This document shows positions 44,923-59,346 of a stretch of DNA of 64,000 bases, one piece after another. Under the pieces are notes generated by a model. That model did not search any database, was not told where the DNA came from, and saw only the letters and a program-made list of their open reading frames with translations. The DNA lies in assembly GCA_964016885.1 (NCBI GenBank), contig OZ024746.1:39804001-39868000 (forward strand), in the 5' to 3' direction. Source of the DNA: Eledone cirrhosa. Taxonomy: Eukaryota. Position numbers and translations under genes: made by a program. Each line of letters begins with the position of its first letter. The stretch's first letter is position 1.

Positions 44923-45201
44923 TCGAATAATATAAATTACTCCAACCCAAATTAGCTAGCGTTGAAACTTGAGAGAGAGGTATGTCTCAATTATTCAACG
45001 ATTTATAAAACTACTACAATAGTAGTTGACCATAGAATGTGTTAACCAACAGATATATGATAGATAAATATAGTTAAAGTATCTACACAAATACACACAC
45101 CACACCTATGCATATATATATATATATGTGTGTGTATATATGTATATGAATATATATATATATAAACATGCATATACATAAATATATATGTAAATATAAT
45201 G

Positions 45202-45233
<32 letters not shown>

Positions 45234-47054
45234 CATTGTGCAATGAACTTCTTGACCTCATAGGCATGCCTGTGCATAGTTTATGAGTACACGGATTTTA
45301 CAACTACAACAATAATCAGATAGTGTTTAAATGTGTGCTTTTATGTGTTTTTAAGAATATTTCTGTGTCTGTGTGTTTAGTACTATTTTGTGTGCATGCA
45401 CATATGTGTATATGTGTATGTATTTATGAAGGATCGTATTTAGTTATTGATAAATTTCACACATGTTCACAGTTATATAAATCACTTCTTTCCGGAAGCC
45501 ATATTATTCATTAAATTTGTGTATTTAAGCTCGAATATTTTACAACTGATCACACTACATTCTCTATGAGATATCATTAATCAGATTATTCCATTTTACG
45601 TGTGGCGAAGGGGCAGACCAATTTGCGTTTATTCGTTGTTGCTTAATCATTGCGTTGTTTACCATTTCTTATTGCGTTGGATTCACTCCAATAAAATCCC
45701 TAGGCAATATTCTTACAGAATCCAGTTGGAGAAATATTAAATGGATTATGGAAGCGTATTTTGGCAATAAATTGCAGTCTGTAGGCCTCTTTAGTATGAT
45801 AGCTTTATTGTTGTCCTGAAGCTAAATTTATTATCCTTATAGCAATATCACGGTGAAAAATACCTAAAATTTGGTTAATAGACCATTTACATTGAACTTT
45901 ATAGAACCTAAATTCATTAATATCCCCCTCCTGATTGTTACAACAGCGAAAATATTGCAGAAATATTTGATTTCACGATCTACATGTTGGACGTCAGTTG
46001 ATAACAATTGGGAACGAAACGAAAAGTAGCTACAATAATATATAATAGTATATTGATCACCATAAAAATACTTTACAATGTTTCTTGCATGTTACAACAG
46101 CAAATTTACACATGCAAACATTCACAGAATGCATTTGCTATCTCAGTTATGTTTCCACAATAAGAAGTTTGCTTTCCAATCACAAGGTTCTGGGTTCAAA
46201 TCCTACATTTGTCCCGTAAATAGTTATTCCCCCAAAGTTACATATACATTTAATCCTGTATGTAATTTGTTCATATATGCTGAATATTTATGTAATCAAT
46301 TCCTAGAAATAAATTATCAAAATATTATTCTTATCTTTAATTAATTTCATGTGACAGTAATCAGCATAAACTATAGAGTTTTTCTTCTGCAAGCCATTAA
46401 TTTACCAAAACCAAAGTTTCCACGTTAGTATGATTGTTCATATATCCGATAAGCCTTGTATATTCGGCATACCAATCACGTTCAATGGTATTGTCCTAAT
46501 TATTGACGACACGGGCCCACTATAAGAAACATAAATGGAGACACTGGTGAGTGTTAAACAATAATGCTGGTGTTTTTTTTTTTTGTTTTTTTTTATGCCT
46601 AATTCCTGGCCAACCTTGATCAAGCAAATCTATGATAAAAGACATTTCAACCACGACTGTGATATCTAGAGCTATATTATCTAATATATTTGTTTCCCTT
46701 TATCAGTTAGATGATATCGTATGTGTTTACAGAGATTTGGCCTTTCTAGCTGGTCAGTCGAACGCGTAGAAACTCCTGCTGCTGTTGTTGTATTCTTTTA
46801 TTCATATGGATCAACTTTGAATCGCCATCTGATGCAGTGATGCACCATACTGAGAACGTTTCAAATGAAAGTACTGAACAAACTGAAAACATTTTATCTT
46901 TTATCTTGAATGAATATCAAATATACGCATCACTTGTCAGAGTCTGTATTATTATTCATCCTTTTACTTTTCAGTTTCTATTCATAAAAATGTTTTAAAA
47001 TTGGATGGTGCTTTTCTTTTCACAAATACCATTGGTCAGCTGCAGACGTATCAG

Positions 47055-47138
<84 letters not shown>

Positions 47139-47478
47139 TCTGTATGTATGTATGACTGCAAATGAATGCCGACATCTGCGCTAGTTTCTTGATGCCAAAC
47201 ACATCAAAACGGGTTATTTCAAGGTTAGACATACGCAAGTATCCAGTGCACATATATACATATATTTTCTACAAATGCATAATTAGTAGATATAAAGATA
47301 TGTTTATGAAAGGCTAGAGATACATGAAAGACCCCCTGTAGAGAGACATATATCAATAACTATATATCAATAAATATATAGTTTGGTGTTAAATATCGCA
47401 AATTAAATGCATATATATGTGTGCATGATTCGTACGTAAACACACACACACGCATGCACGCACGCACGCACACGCGCG

Positions 47479-47589
<111 letters not shown>

Positions 47590-48706
47590 TACATAGAAAG
47601 ATAGCGAGAGGAGGAAACAGAAAGATAGGCAAAAATATAAGCAAGCAATTGCTTAAAATGTAAAAATACCTGTGCTAAATTGTAAAAGTATATATTCAAC
47701 TGAGAATCCTAAATCGCTCTTTTCCACCTGCCTACTTAAAGTCATATTAACTATTAAAATAGCTATTCCCCTGTGACTATTTGTTGGGAGTTCACTAAAG
47801 TAACTGTTTTTGATTCTCACTTCAAAAAGTATTTCAAATGTTATATTTTGCATACAGGGTCCCGTAATTCCTGGAGGAGTCGCAGGAGCTCCGTATTGAT
47901 ATACGGCGTTTCTGGGACATTTTTAAAACCTGGCGGAGCTCATCTCCTTTCCAGGTCTGAAAACAGTAGTTTCCTTCCAAAGAAGGATAGGGAGTAAAAT
48001 AATAGAAGTGAGAAAGAGATATAGAGGAAGAATCGACCCCTGTACTTGACTAGTACTTTTTTTATCGACCTCAAATAGACAAAAACGGCAAAGTTGACCT
48101 CGGTCGAATTCGAACTTAGTGAGCAGAGAGCCGAAACGAATACTGCAAAGCATTCTATCCGACGTTCTAATGACTCTGCCAATTCATCGCCTGTTATAGT
48201 TTATATAAATGAATATTTAGTTGATCTCTCTCCTAAATCTCTGAATATGTGTTTAGCATTGCATTTCAAATTATCTAAAAATACTAAGTTGTACGTTACT
48301 AATTAGTCTTCTGTCTTATTCGCACCAAGCACTAAATTAGTAATTTTCTCAAGCCCGTGAAAACTAAACTTTTTTAGAAGTGGCCTTGGATTGCCTCATC
48401 GCACATACATCCCTGGGCTGTGACAGTTTTCCTGAGAGCAACAGTGTCACCTATTTCTCTCGTGTCCCTTAGTAGCTGTTTGATCCGATGTTACTGAGTC
48501 GTCCGGCTGGAACCGACTTTATATCGCAACTAATCACCTTATCTGCCATCTGCAAACGTTTCTGTAGCAGAAGAGCTCTGCCGAGAAGCATAATTAGTAT
48601 ATTAATTTACCATGTTGTGAGCGTATGTGCGTTTATGAAAATTAGATAGACCAGTTTAGTTCTGTCCGGGGTTTGTATGCGATAAGTTACTCAATTTTCT
48701 ATAATG

Positions 48707-48757
<51 letters not shown>

Positions 48758-48759
<2 letters not shown>

Positions 48760-48964
48760 CGAAGGAAATGTGGTAAGGAACCAGATGGACCATAACGCAC
48801 CAAAGTACTCAATACTTAGGGTAGTAGAGTGGGTAATAGGAACGAGTAGGACCCCGACGGCTGAGTTCAAGCCGTTTCGACGGCTAATTCTGGACTAAAA
48901 TCCATTTTACTCCAGAATTAGCCGTCGAAACGGCTTAAGCTCAGCCATCGGGGTCCTACTCGTT

Positions 48965-48966
<2 letters not shown>
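48758..48966 (-). mobile_element. Family B island: tail plus ~57-bp inverted arms
   Basis: 48839-48895 versus 48910-48966; (TA)n flanks. Confidence 0.88.
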
Positions 48967-49011
<45 letters not shown>

Positions 49012-49063
49012 TCTTTGTTCTTGAATGTTTGGTTGGTAGAGTCCATAACACCAATCAAACCCC

Positions 49064-49123
49064 TTTTATAGCTCTGACGAATCCTACGGTTACGTAAGGA
49101 AGAAACATTGTAAGCCAATAAAA
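49064..49123 (+). ncRNA. Minimal type I hammerhead ribozyme (family I; island 49011-49162)
   Basis: ttttata gct-CTGACGA-a tcctacg gtta cgtaagga a-GAAAC att GTA-agc caataaaa. Confidence 0.8.
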
Positions 49124-50929
49124 AATCTTTTGATGTTGTAGACGCTCTTGTGTTCTTTTTCATATATATATATATGTGTGTGTGAAAGTGAAGTGTATGT
49201 ATATGGTGATGTTTACTCGTTGCACAATTTCTTACATATATATTATTCATACGAACACAAACATAATCATAGAACCACACTCATACTACCGATGCCCACA
49301 TAGACACCAGAACATCCATACAAACAATACTTACATTTAAACTACTACTCTCTGATCCTACTATGATACTTACATAAACTCTCATAACTAGGATCCAAAA
49401 CTTAATTATTTGAAATATATCAGAAACAACGCATCTAATTAATAATTAAAAGTGCTGTGATTGGATATATAAAATAGTAGTTGTATTCATTCACTTTGTG
49501 TCGATCATCTTGTGACTTCAAAGTCATGCATGACTACGAAAATTGCGAACAGACAAAAAGAATCCACAGCAGCATGACTTGGCGCCGATACAGTGAGACC
49601 CTAAAACTGTTTTATTCATGGATATTAGAAGATTAGATTTCTTTACTTTTGGCACTTGGTAGTAAAACTATTACTTGCCAAATAAAAGAGAAAAAAGCAA
49701 CTATATTTATTAATAAATAAATAAATAGTATTATGGTTCAGCTACTGTAAAAACGAAGTTGATAGCGAGCCAACTAAAAAGCCATCACATACTCATTCGA
49801 CCTGCAAGAAACAACAGCCGAATTCCACCACTACCACCACATCGCATTATATTGTTTGAAATAAGACAAAGAAACATTGGATAATGTAATGTGAAACATA
49901 CTCCTAAAAAAATTTCCATAATCACGGGTGGAATGCCTTTGATGTTAAAATCGATCAAAGTTGACCTTGATGTAAACAATAACAATATGACTATAATAAA
50001 TAACGGAATGTTTCTTTCAAACAACATAATTAATATTTTTATTCATCTTACTGAACGTTTTAGTTAGCTGGGGAGAATTATGAGCAAAAGCAATCCAAAC
50101 AGGACTATTCTATCTTTTTATGGGTACGTAGGATTATATAAATGTATGTAGGGACCCGTAACTCCTGGTGGAGTCGTAGGAACGCCATAGTGGCATTTCT
50201 TAGGCGTTTTTTAACCTAGGGGATCCCATCCCTTCTCCAGGTCTGAACACAACGCTCTTCCATAGAAGAACAGAGAATGATAGGCAGTTTCGTCCTCAGA
50301 TGTATCTAATCCCCTATTCTGACATCACTAATTCCAATGAGAAAGGTGTGGATATCATAATTCATATCTTCTAAATTCTAAAAATATAGTGATTGGTTAT
50401 AAGACACCAATGTTTTCCTTTATCTTGAATAGATGCGCAAACGAAGGTCTGGAACCTGTATAAACAGCGATGTAAACCAACAAGCCTTATTTAAGATTCT
50501 ACTATAATTGGCGCAACGCGACGAAATGGCAGAGTCGTTAGGACGTCGAATAGATTACTCTGTGGTATTCATTCCAGCACTCTCCTTTCTCAGTTCAAAT
50601 CCCACCAAGATCAACTTTTCATCCTTTCGAGTTCGATAAAATAGTACCAGTCTAGTACTGTAGTCGATTCTTTTTTTTATATCTCTTTCTCACTTACTCT
50701 CTCTCACTTTCTATCTTTCTCTGGAAGACATCTACTGTACTCAAAACTGGAGAGGAGATGGGCTCTGCCAGACTTAAAATGCCCAAGAAACGCCGTATGT
50801 TAATATGGCGCCCCTATGAATCCATCAGGAGTTACGGGACTAAATAGAAAAAATAGTTGTTGTCAATTGAAATCCCTTATCACTGATTTTGCTTAAGAAA
50901 TGGTCTTATAGTAGTACTATCATTGTTTT

Positions 50930-51450
50930 TAAAGCAAGTAAATCTCCTCATAGCATATTGTTGTTATGCCATCAACGAATGCAGCTAATGTATCATTCAC
51001 AACGACCCCTTGCTGGTGATGTTTGTTTAAAAATACTTGGATATCGTTTAATATACTCAAAACCTGTCTTCCATGATAAATTTCGCGCAACAGCAAATCT
51101 TTAGTAAACTCACCTTCGATGTATGATTTCACTTTTCTTTGATGTTAGCGTACCCAATTCATAACCTGATTGCATTATGGGGGTATTTTCCTGAATGTCT
51201 TTTGAAAATAGATGGTTGTTTGCTTAAATATATATACTTTTTTAAATGTTAGCTTGTCTAAAAGAAACATCGTTTAATTTTTCCTATTCTTTATGCTTGT
51301 TTATAATATTTATAATCTGCAACGGAATATTTGCAAATAAGCTATACGCATTTGCCATTTACTTGTATGAAAAAATAATCATATTTTCATTTTTCATTGA
51401 GTAAAGAATTTTCGTTGGCAACTCTTATTGGTAAATTAATACTAGCCATT
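50930..51450 (-). pseudogene. Decayed hAT (Buster/SPIN-like) transposase N-terminal fragment
   Basis: Minus translation NENSLLNEK*KYDYFFIQVNGKCV*LICKYSVA, later KSYIEGEFTKDLL, resembling the F..W...YFF....K..CLIC and EGEFIK motifs. Confidence 0.6.
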
Positions 51451-52050
51451 GCAACGGGAGTTTTTTTTAATGCAATCAATGATATCAATTTAGAATATTT
51501 AATAAAAATAAACAGGTGAACCGTAACCGTACATTTTGCCAGCATTAAAAAACGAGTGAACTTATTTGTAATGATATAAGCGACAACCAACATAGATAGA
51601 AGGTAAATTCTCACTGAATATTCATGATGAATAACAATATCTAATATGACAGCATAAAATACCACAAGTGAATAATTTAGGCGTGGGCATGAATGCTAAA
51701 ATCTAATTGACTGTAATAAAGCTGGGTCTATTACATCATCAATTTGTACATACACTGACTCAGGATTAATGAAATAAGACAAGCATTATTGCAACAGAAA
51801 TGTACTTATGCCTTATGGGGTATTGTAAGTCATTATATTAGATTTCTGTTTAAGACTCAGACCGCATTTTTCTTCCTTTCTCATATGGTATTTGAGAAAA
51901 CTTCCCCAGCAGGTGGTTTTAAACTTGTGAATGTTGGTGAAATTTCGCCTTAGGGTAAGGGATTTCTCCCCACCTCTGGTAAGATGTGCTTCGGTCGCCC
52001 ATTTGTTTATTATTTGGTTAAGGGGCCGGATAATAGTATATGTGTGTGTG

Positions 52051-52088
<38 letters not shown>

Positions 52089-52262
52089 TAGACAGATACG
52101 TGTGTGTGTGTGCTTTCAAATCTTGCCGTGCTAGTCATATATTAGTATTGTGTTTTTTACGACTGCGCATGTGTGGCGTAGTGCCATAATAAGAAATCCC
52201 TATTATTATAATTTTGTTGTTGTTTGAGTTGTAACCGGTTTTTTTTTTGGGGTGGGGGGGGT

Positions 52263-53615
52263 ATTGGCAGTATCGGTAAAGCGTCGGACAATATGCATTG
52301 CGACATATAGTCATGTCCCTTTACGTTCTGAGTTCAGATCCCACCAGGTTAAGGGTTGCCTTTCATCCTTACGGGGTGAATAAAATAAAGTACCAGCAAT
52401 GTACTGGGGGCGATTAAATCGACTTTCTCCTCCCCCAAAAATTGTTGGCCTTGTGCCTAAATCAGGAACCAGTATTATTATTTCTCTCTTAAAGAATCGA
52501 TAGAACCTAAGAAAACTGCTTTGCGGTATTTCTTCCGTTTTTTTATGTTCTGCGTTCAAATCTCACCGAAGTTAACTTTACCTTTCATCCCTCCAGTGTC
52601 GGTAAAATACAGTACCAGGCAATTTGATACAGTTGGTAGAGAATCGCATAGAATGCTATTGTTGTATTTTTCTGGGTCTTTACATTCTGAGTTCAAACCC
52701 CACTATGGTCAACTGTGCCTTTTAGCTTTCGGAAGTAAAGTGCCAGTCTACAGTACCCCTCTGTGCAAAGGAAGGAAGAGCAGTGACCATGATCCTTTTC
52801 GGAGACTCAGATATTAGTGGGAGGAAAAATATCCTCAAACAAGAGATCTGTAGTATTTAGTTATGACTGCTTACATTCCTAGTTGAAATCCCACGGAGGT
52901 CAACCTTGCTATCCTCTTCTTTTTGGGGTCGATAACATAAAGCAACAGCTCATGGTGTCGGATCGGCAGTATTGTTTGAGTTCAAATCCCGCAGTAGCCT
53001 ACTTGGATTGTAAACTTAATCGGTCGCCCTGATTAACACCACCACCTGGCACTTGGGTGATCTTAACAAAGTTCATTCTGGTGCAAGCATTCGGACCCGA
53101 TCTCTTGTTTAATCATATTTTCCATCCTCCCAATTTCTGAGTCCCTGAAAAGGATCATGGCCACTGCTCTTTCCTCCTAGACTAAAATATAAAAACAACG
53201 ACAATCAGAATTGGACCACAGACTAGGCTCATCTGAACGTTCTTGCTCTAATTTAAATATTATATACCAGACCCAATTGATATTCTGTTTCCCGATTATT
53301 GATTTCTAATTCAGGTATAAGGCCAACACATTTGCACAGAGGGGTAATGTAGACTGGTACTTTACTTCCGAAGGCTGAAAGGCAAAGTTGACCATGGTGG
53401 GGTTTGAACTCAGTATATAAAGACCCAGAAAAAATACCACAATGACATTTTTGCTATGCTCTACCAATTCTGCCAAACTACGACCCTTATGTTTCCCTAT
53501 TATTAATCCCGCCGAGGTTAACTTTGCCTTTCATCCTTACGGGGGTCGATAAAATAAAGTACCAGTAATGCACTGGATAATTGCTGGCCTCGTGCCAAAA
53601 GTAGAAACAATTATT
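52263..53615. mobile_element. Dense cluster of old and young SINE copies on both strands
   Basis: Repeated gagttcaaa and cctttcatcc..gataaaata motifs. Confidence 0.8.
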
Positions 53616-54481
53616 AATGGTTATTACGATTGATTTATTGCAGAAATGTTAGTTGATGTAAACATTATCATAAATGCATTATTATATAGACTGAATGACG
53701 ATACAATTCTTTCTGCCTCATTTTTACATAAGAAAATATATATTTCATCAATCCAAAATTACATCTTGTTCAATTTATCACAGACGCTGGTTTATGCGTA
53801 AAATATGCTAAATATTATGTAAAATTGCTCATTATTACCTTATTAATTTACGCTGCATTAGAATTCATATGACTGATATATAAAACAACTTCTGAAATTG
53901 AGGGAAAAAATTTAGACACGACTATATTTTATCGTTTTCTACTTTATTATGATTAATTTTATCATGTGGAAATTTGTGTTCTGAATAACAGAAATCAATT
54001 GCCTGGCTGATAGTTAATTGATTTAAATTTTACTGGTAATATCACATTAATAGAAAAATTGAGACTATTTTCAGATTATGAAAGATAATATTTAAGACGT
54101 GTCTGGAATTTTGTCCTTTCGATAAGTAGCACAAAAACGAAGATCCAAGGAATAAATGGCCACAACGTTCGCTTATCGTATTAGTTCAATTCCAGTAGGA
54201 GAAAAGCTGATCATAACACGAAAGACATAATTATTAGTAAATACTGGCATGTTAACACTGTTTTATTTGAGTGCTATTCTAAATACATTCTGTAGTACAA
54301 AATAGCAGAATTAGTAGTCTTTCGACTGCTTTCTCCTCCAGATTATAGCTGGGTTTTTTTAAATTACATTAGTATGAAGACCGAACTGCTATTTTGATAT
54401 AGTTTCAGGTTTTCCTGGGAGCCAAACTGTAAAAGAACTACACTGGTTGGAATATCTTTAAAACGACCAGCTAAGTAATAC

Positions 54482-54664
54482 TTGTTTCTACTTTAGGCAC
54501 AAGGCCAGCAATTACCCAGTGCATTACTGGTACTTTATTTTATCGACCCCGTAAGGATGAAAGGCAAAGTCAACCTCGGTGGGATTTGAACTCAGATCGT
54601 AAAGGGACGTAACTCTGCTTGAAAGCATGGCGTCCGACCCTCTACCGATACTGCCAATCCACCG
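54482..54664 (-). mobile_element. Full-length S1 SINE
   Basis: Reverse complement of the S1 consensus. Confidence 0.9.
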
Positions 54665-55245
54665 ACCAGATAAGTAATACTGATGTCCCGAAGGCAAGTT
54701 CTAAATACATCTATTGTCTGAAAGTTTTGCAAAGCAAGGACTGAAATTGTTGCATCATATATAAACATATAGATAGATATACGTTGTCTGAACGTACAAG
54801 TTAGCCGGTTTTGTCGGGCCAGAAGAGACAGAAACAAACTTATAAACATTTAAAGAATGTCAGATATTAATAGAAATGGAATCTAAATACTATAATATGT
54901 CCTAAACATGACTAGAGGAACTGATGGTGTATTCATTATAATCAGTAAACTTTTAAACATTATTCAGACCACCCACACATGATACCAAGAGGACTTTTCT
55001 TTTTTCACTGCATATAGTCAGTCATAAGCTTTTAAAAGATGGTAGTATTTTTGTCTTGGCAGACCATGCTGGAGCACCACCTTCAAGGGTTTTAGTCTAT
55101 TATATCGATAAAGTAAATGTAGAGTCGACTAGACGTAAAACGTGTTAACTAAAACAAGAAATTTACATATGCATAATTGATCAACGCACCGATTCTATCA
55201 TCCAACACCTATATATATATAGAGAGAGAGCGAGAGATGTGCGTG

Positions 55246-55336
<91 letters not shown>

Positions 55337-57159
55337 GTATATTTGCTTGTGTGTGCTTGCGCAGCTCGTCTTTTTATGTATATCTAGGACGATATTGTAT
55401 TGTATGTCCTTTTTTTTAATGATAGGATGTAATTTGATGGATATTTGTCTAGTGTTTTTAGGAAGTACAATGCTCATACGGAGACTCCCATTTTGACTGG
55501 ATATCTGCTTCTATGAGACATATTATGTGAATATTTTAGTGAAAAAAAAAGAGAAAATATGGAAGAAAATACAAAGTGATAGATTGATATTAAACATTTT
55601 TTAATGGCCATTTTCTTGCTTTGGAATACTGCTATTGCTTTGAGGAATTTACTGGCTTTGAAATAACGCTGTATGTCTAAACGAAACTTGCATTGACCTC
55701 TTTCGTTGATATTCTAAACTGGCAACCATTTTCAATTTTACATTATCATCAACGACAAATAGTCGTATTTAAAGTTGTTTTCTCTATATGCTTTATTTTG
55801 GGATTGTTATTTTTATTTTGTGTTTCTTCCTTGTTTTTTTGTTTTTTGTTTTTTGTTTTTTGTGTGTTTTTTGCTGCTATTTTTCTTATATTTATTCTCT
55901 TTTTAAAAATGTTGTCCTTTTTACATTTGAAAATAATCTAGGAAATAAAGAACTAGAAAGCAAATGGAAAACAATTCGAACAAATTACTAGAATCATATT
56001 TCGTAAATAGCATCAGATTGCACACATCTGGCTAACAAAAAAAAGAAAGCTTCCCTTATCTGTGTCAAAACCTCCTTAGTGCCAGCTGATATTTTTGTAA
56101 CTTTAAAAACTTCCGGTTTTATCTCATCCTCATAGAAAAGTACTGTTTGTATTTCTCTGAAAGCAATTACACCCACAAACATTCAAATACACTGAAAACA
56201 AAAGTAAAAAGAAAACCGATTAACTGTTATGATGGATTGTTTCTGACACTTGGAAGTTATTTTATTCGTTGAATGATCTTGGTAACGAAGCTTTCACTTC
56301 GAATTTTATTGATCTTACTCTTTGGATCTTTTTGTCTATTTTCTTTTAAAGTTCAATTGTTGTTGTTGTTATTTCAGTCGTCTTATTTTTATGGCGTGCT
56401 TTCGCTGCACAACCAGGTGTAGCTTTGTATATGTCTTGACTATGTACCGTGTTATAACTTTGTTTTAGTGTTTTCCTATTGTATTAAAAATAGTCTATAT
56501 AACATGTGTGTAGGGCTTAATAGTGCAGGTTTCCTTGTGTTAAGTCCGTGTATAAAATCTGAGGTTTTGTGTGTGTATTTATCTACATCTTTTTAATCAT
56601 TCTTAAGCCAAATAAAACTATTGGAGTTATTTCTGTTTTCAATCACCAAATTCTGGTATATTGGTCGTTGTTAGTGTATGTGAGAACGGAGTTTTTCTTC
56701 TCAGAATAAGCCCTCATCAACTTCTTCAAATACCACTTGAAAATAGGGGTAGAGAGGGTGAGGCTACTCTCTAGTAAATGTTGTGAAAGGTAGATGAGAG
56801 GGGTAAAAGTAACTCTGCTAAATAATCCCATATTAACAAACAACTGCCGACTGACGATAGGAATTGGAAGAAGGCTTTGCTTTAGGTGTGCCAGAGTAAT
56901 CCAGGTCTGCGTTCAGAGTACCCCGAATCACTCTATGTGGTTTCTCTACCATTTTGATAAGTCGTTTTCTTCTTTCTTACTTTGTTCTGTTCTGTTAAGT
57001 CTATTTAAATATTACATCTTTATTTATTTATGTACAACGATATCTATTCAGTGGTCAGAGTAAATAGGCCACCTATCAGAATCCTTCAGTATTATGCATT
57101 TAGTCCACCAAGGCTGTTCCCTCTTGACTCTTCTGCATTTACTTAAAGGAGAAAAAATA

Positions 57160-57683
57160 ACTCTGCAGAAACTAGAAACGTTAAGGGGTAGCCCACCCGA
57201 AATAGGATGTGAAAGATCCTGTCGGCATATGTGAACAAATTCACCGTAGTAGTGTCGGACAGTAAGTACATCAAGGTGATCGATACTGTTCTAAATGAGT
57301 ACGAAGTAGTTGGGGGAGCGATAATTAATAAGGGAAATTTGATGTGCCTATAACTCAGTACCTAGGAAGGCAGGACCATGTCGTGCAAAGCGTCGTATGA
57401 TGGACCTGTAAGAATTGCTCGGTGTCTGGTTTGGTCTAAATCTTCAGATGAACAAGAACTGGGATGAGGTGACGAGCATGGCGGCCTGTCTCATCCAGAA
57501 ATGGACCGGGGGGAATCTATCCATAAAAGGTCGGGCAGAGGTGGTGAATGCCTACTTCGTCCTTATCGCCTATTAGCGGCCTGGCCGTTGTGCTTTGCTT
57601 CATTTCACGTCTTGCCGGACTGGGGTGTCTCTTCTTTCGTTCCACTGGCCAGGCGATCCATATGCTGTCAACACCTGCTGTGT
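57160..57683 (+). mobile_element. Old Tx1 ORF2 fragment
   Basis: SAYVNKFTVVVS..EYEVVGGAIIN, LGVWFGLNLQMNKNW and RRSICCQ align with the translation of 18640-19145. Confidence 0.8.
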
Positions 57684-57867
57684 GGTGGATTGGCAGTATC
57701 GGTAGAGGGTCGGACGCCATGCTTTGACGCATAGAGTTACGTCCCTTGCCATTCTGAGTTCAAATCCAGCCGAGGTTAACTTTGCCTTTCATCCTTAGGG
57801 GGTCGATAAAATAAAGTACCAGTAATACACTGGTTAATTGCTGGCCTTGTGCCAAAAGTAGAAACAA
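57684..57867 (+). mobile_element. S1 SINE
   Basis: Matches the consensus of the other copies. Confidence 0.9.
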
Positions 57868-57868
57868 C

Positions 57869-57869
<1 letters not shown>

Positions 57870-57901
<32 letters not shown>

Positions 57902-58700
57902 ACTCCTCCTCCTCCTGTTGAGAGTACACGTGTTCTACCAGTGTTTTACTATAGTTCTAAAGTAAAGTATATCAAGGAATTAAAAGATTCCATTCTTCCT
58001 TTCTTTGCTTTATAGTTAGTACTTCACTTAGGTTGCGGGCATTTCATGGGGAAGGGGTGCTTTTCTCTCGGCTTCACTTATATACGATTTCTCTGTCAAT
58101 TCTTCGATTTTTTTCCTCAATACACTGCTTCACAACGCCTATCGCTTCTATAATAACTGGAACTATTTTTCTTTTCATCTTTCACATTCTCGCTATTTCA
58201 GTCTCACTATACTTGAAGTGATTCATGGTCCCATTTACTGAGATTATTATCATTGAGTGCAACCCCCTTTTTTTGTTGTCAAAGTTTAGCAGCTGTATGT
58301 ACTAGAGTACATTGTTATTGTCTTTTGTTTTGCTTTGTTTTTCTAGGTAAGCGTCTAGCCCAATTGCACTGGTTGTATATAGTATCTCAAGTAGTACGAA
58401 GTTTCTTCCTCCATTCTGCCTAGGGATATATGTGTTATATGTGGCAGCTTTTTGTTGATGTAATCTAAATTTTGACAATAGTTTTCATATTTTTGCGCCG
58501 GATTTTATTTGTTGTTGTTTTTTTTTTGTTTTTGTTTTTTTTGTTGTTTTTGTTTTGTTTTTGTTTTTGGTTTGTTTTTGGCGGGGTGAGGGGGGGGGGG
58601 GCAATCTCTATTTTTTTTGTTTATCTCTTGTATATTTCACTTCACCATACTGAAGCTGTATCTTCGGGTTTGATAGTGTATTAATTTCTCCCATTTTAGT
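57870..58700 (-). mobile_element. Decayed R4/Dong-like (REL endonuclease) non-LTR 3' fragment
   Basis: Minus translation gives IYPRQNGGRNF and KIVPVIIEAIGVV; (gat)n tail. Confidence 0.5.
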
Positions 58701-59155
58701 TTTTCGAGTTTTTTTTAGGATCTTCCTAGTCTTCGAGTATATTCATTATTTTGGATTTCTGCTTTCCTTCTTGCATGCTGTACACATTCGTTGGTTTCCA
58801 GATATCTTTACCGAACTATTCTCAATTACTTAAACATCTAGCTGATTTCATTGTTAGTATTTTCTAGTATAGTAAATAATTTCCTTCCTATGAAAATGTC
58901 CATAGCGCATTTGTCCAACCAGAACTCCATACTAATGTCAAAGCTGATTTACACGCTTGAAAATATTTCCAAGCTGTGCCTCGGTCTTGGCAATGACCAT
59001 ATAGAATAATTGCTGGATCATCGTTATTTTAACTTTGTAGCTACTCCTTGTATAGTTTAGGGCTGCACTTAATTAATAGTGTAAGAGTTAGGTAGAACAA
59101 AATGGTAAAAGGGAATTTCTCTTATTACAATTATTATTATTGTTATTATTATTAG

Positions 59156-59346
59156 GACCTCTGTAAGGATGAAAGGCAAAGTTAACCTCGGCGGGATTTG
59201 AATTCAGACCATAAAGGGCCGTAACTGGTCTGAGTTCAAATCCCGCCGAGGTTAACTTTGCCTTTCATCCTTACGGGGTCGATAAAATAAAGTACCAGTA
59301 ATACACTGGGATAATTGCTGGCCTTGTGCCAAAAGTAGAAACAATT
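59156..59346 (+). mobile_element. S1 SINE with inverted partial copy forming a hairpin
   Basis: 59156-59211 is the reverse complement of 59225-59280. Confidence 0.85.

Noticed and set aside
49740-50050. Hydrophobic ORF as a host exon or hAT C-terminus
   Set aside because: No clear motif or splice evidence; left unassigned.
56190-56640. Possible decayed PLE endonuclease fragment on the minus strand
   Set aside because: Could not recover a convincing reading frame by eye.
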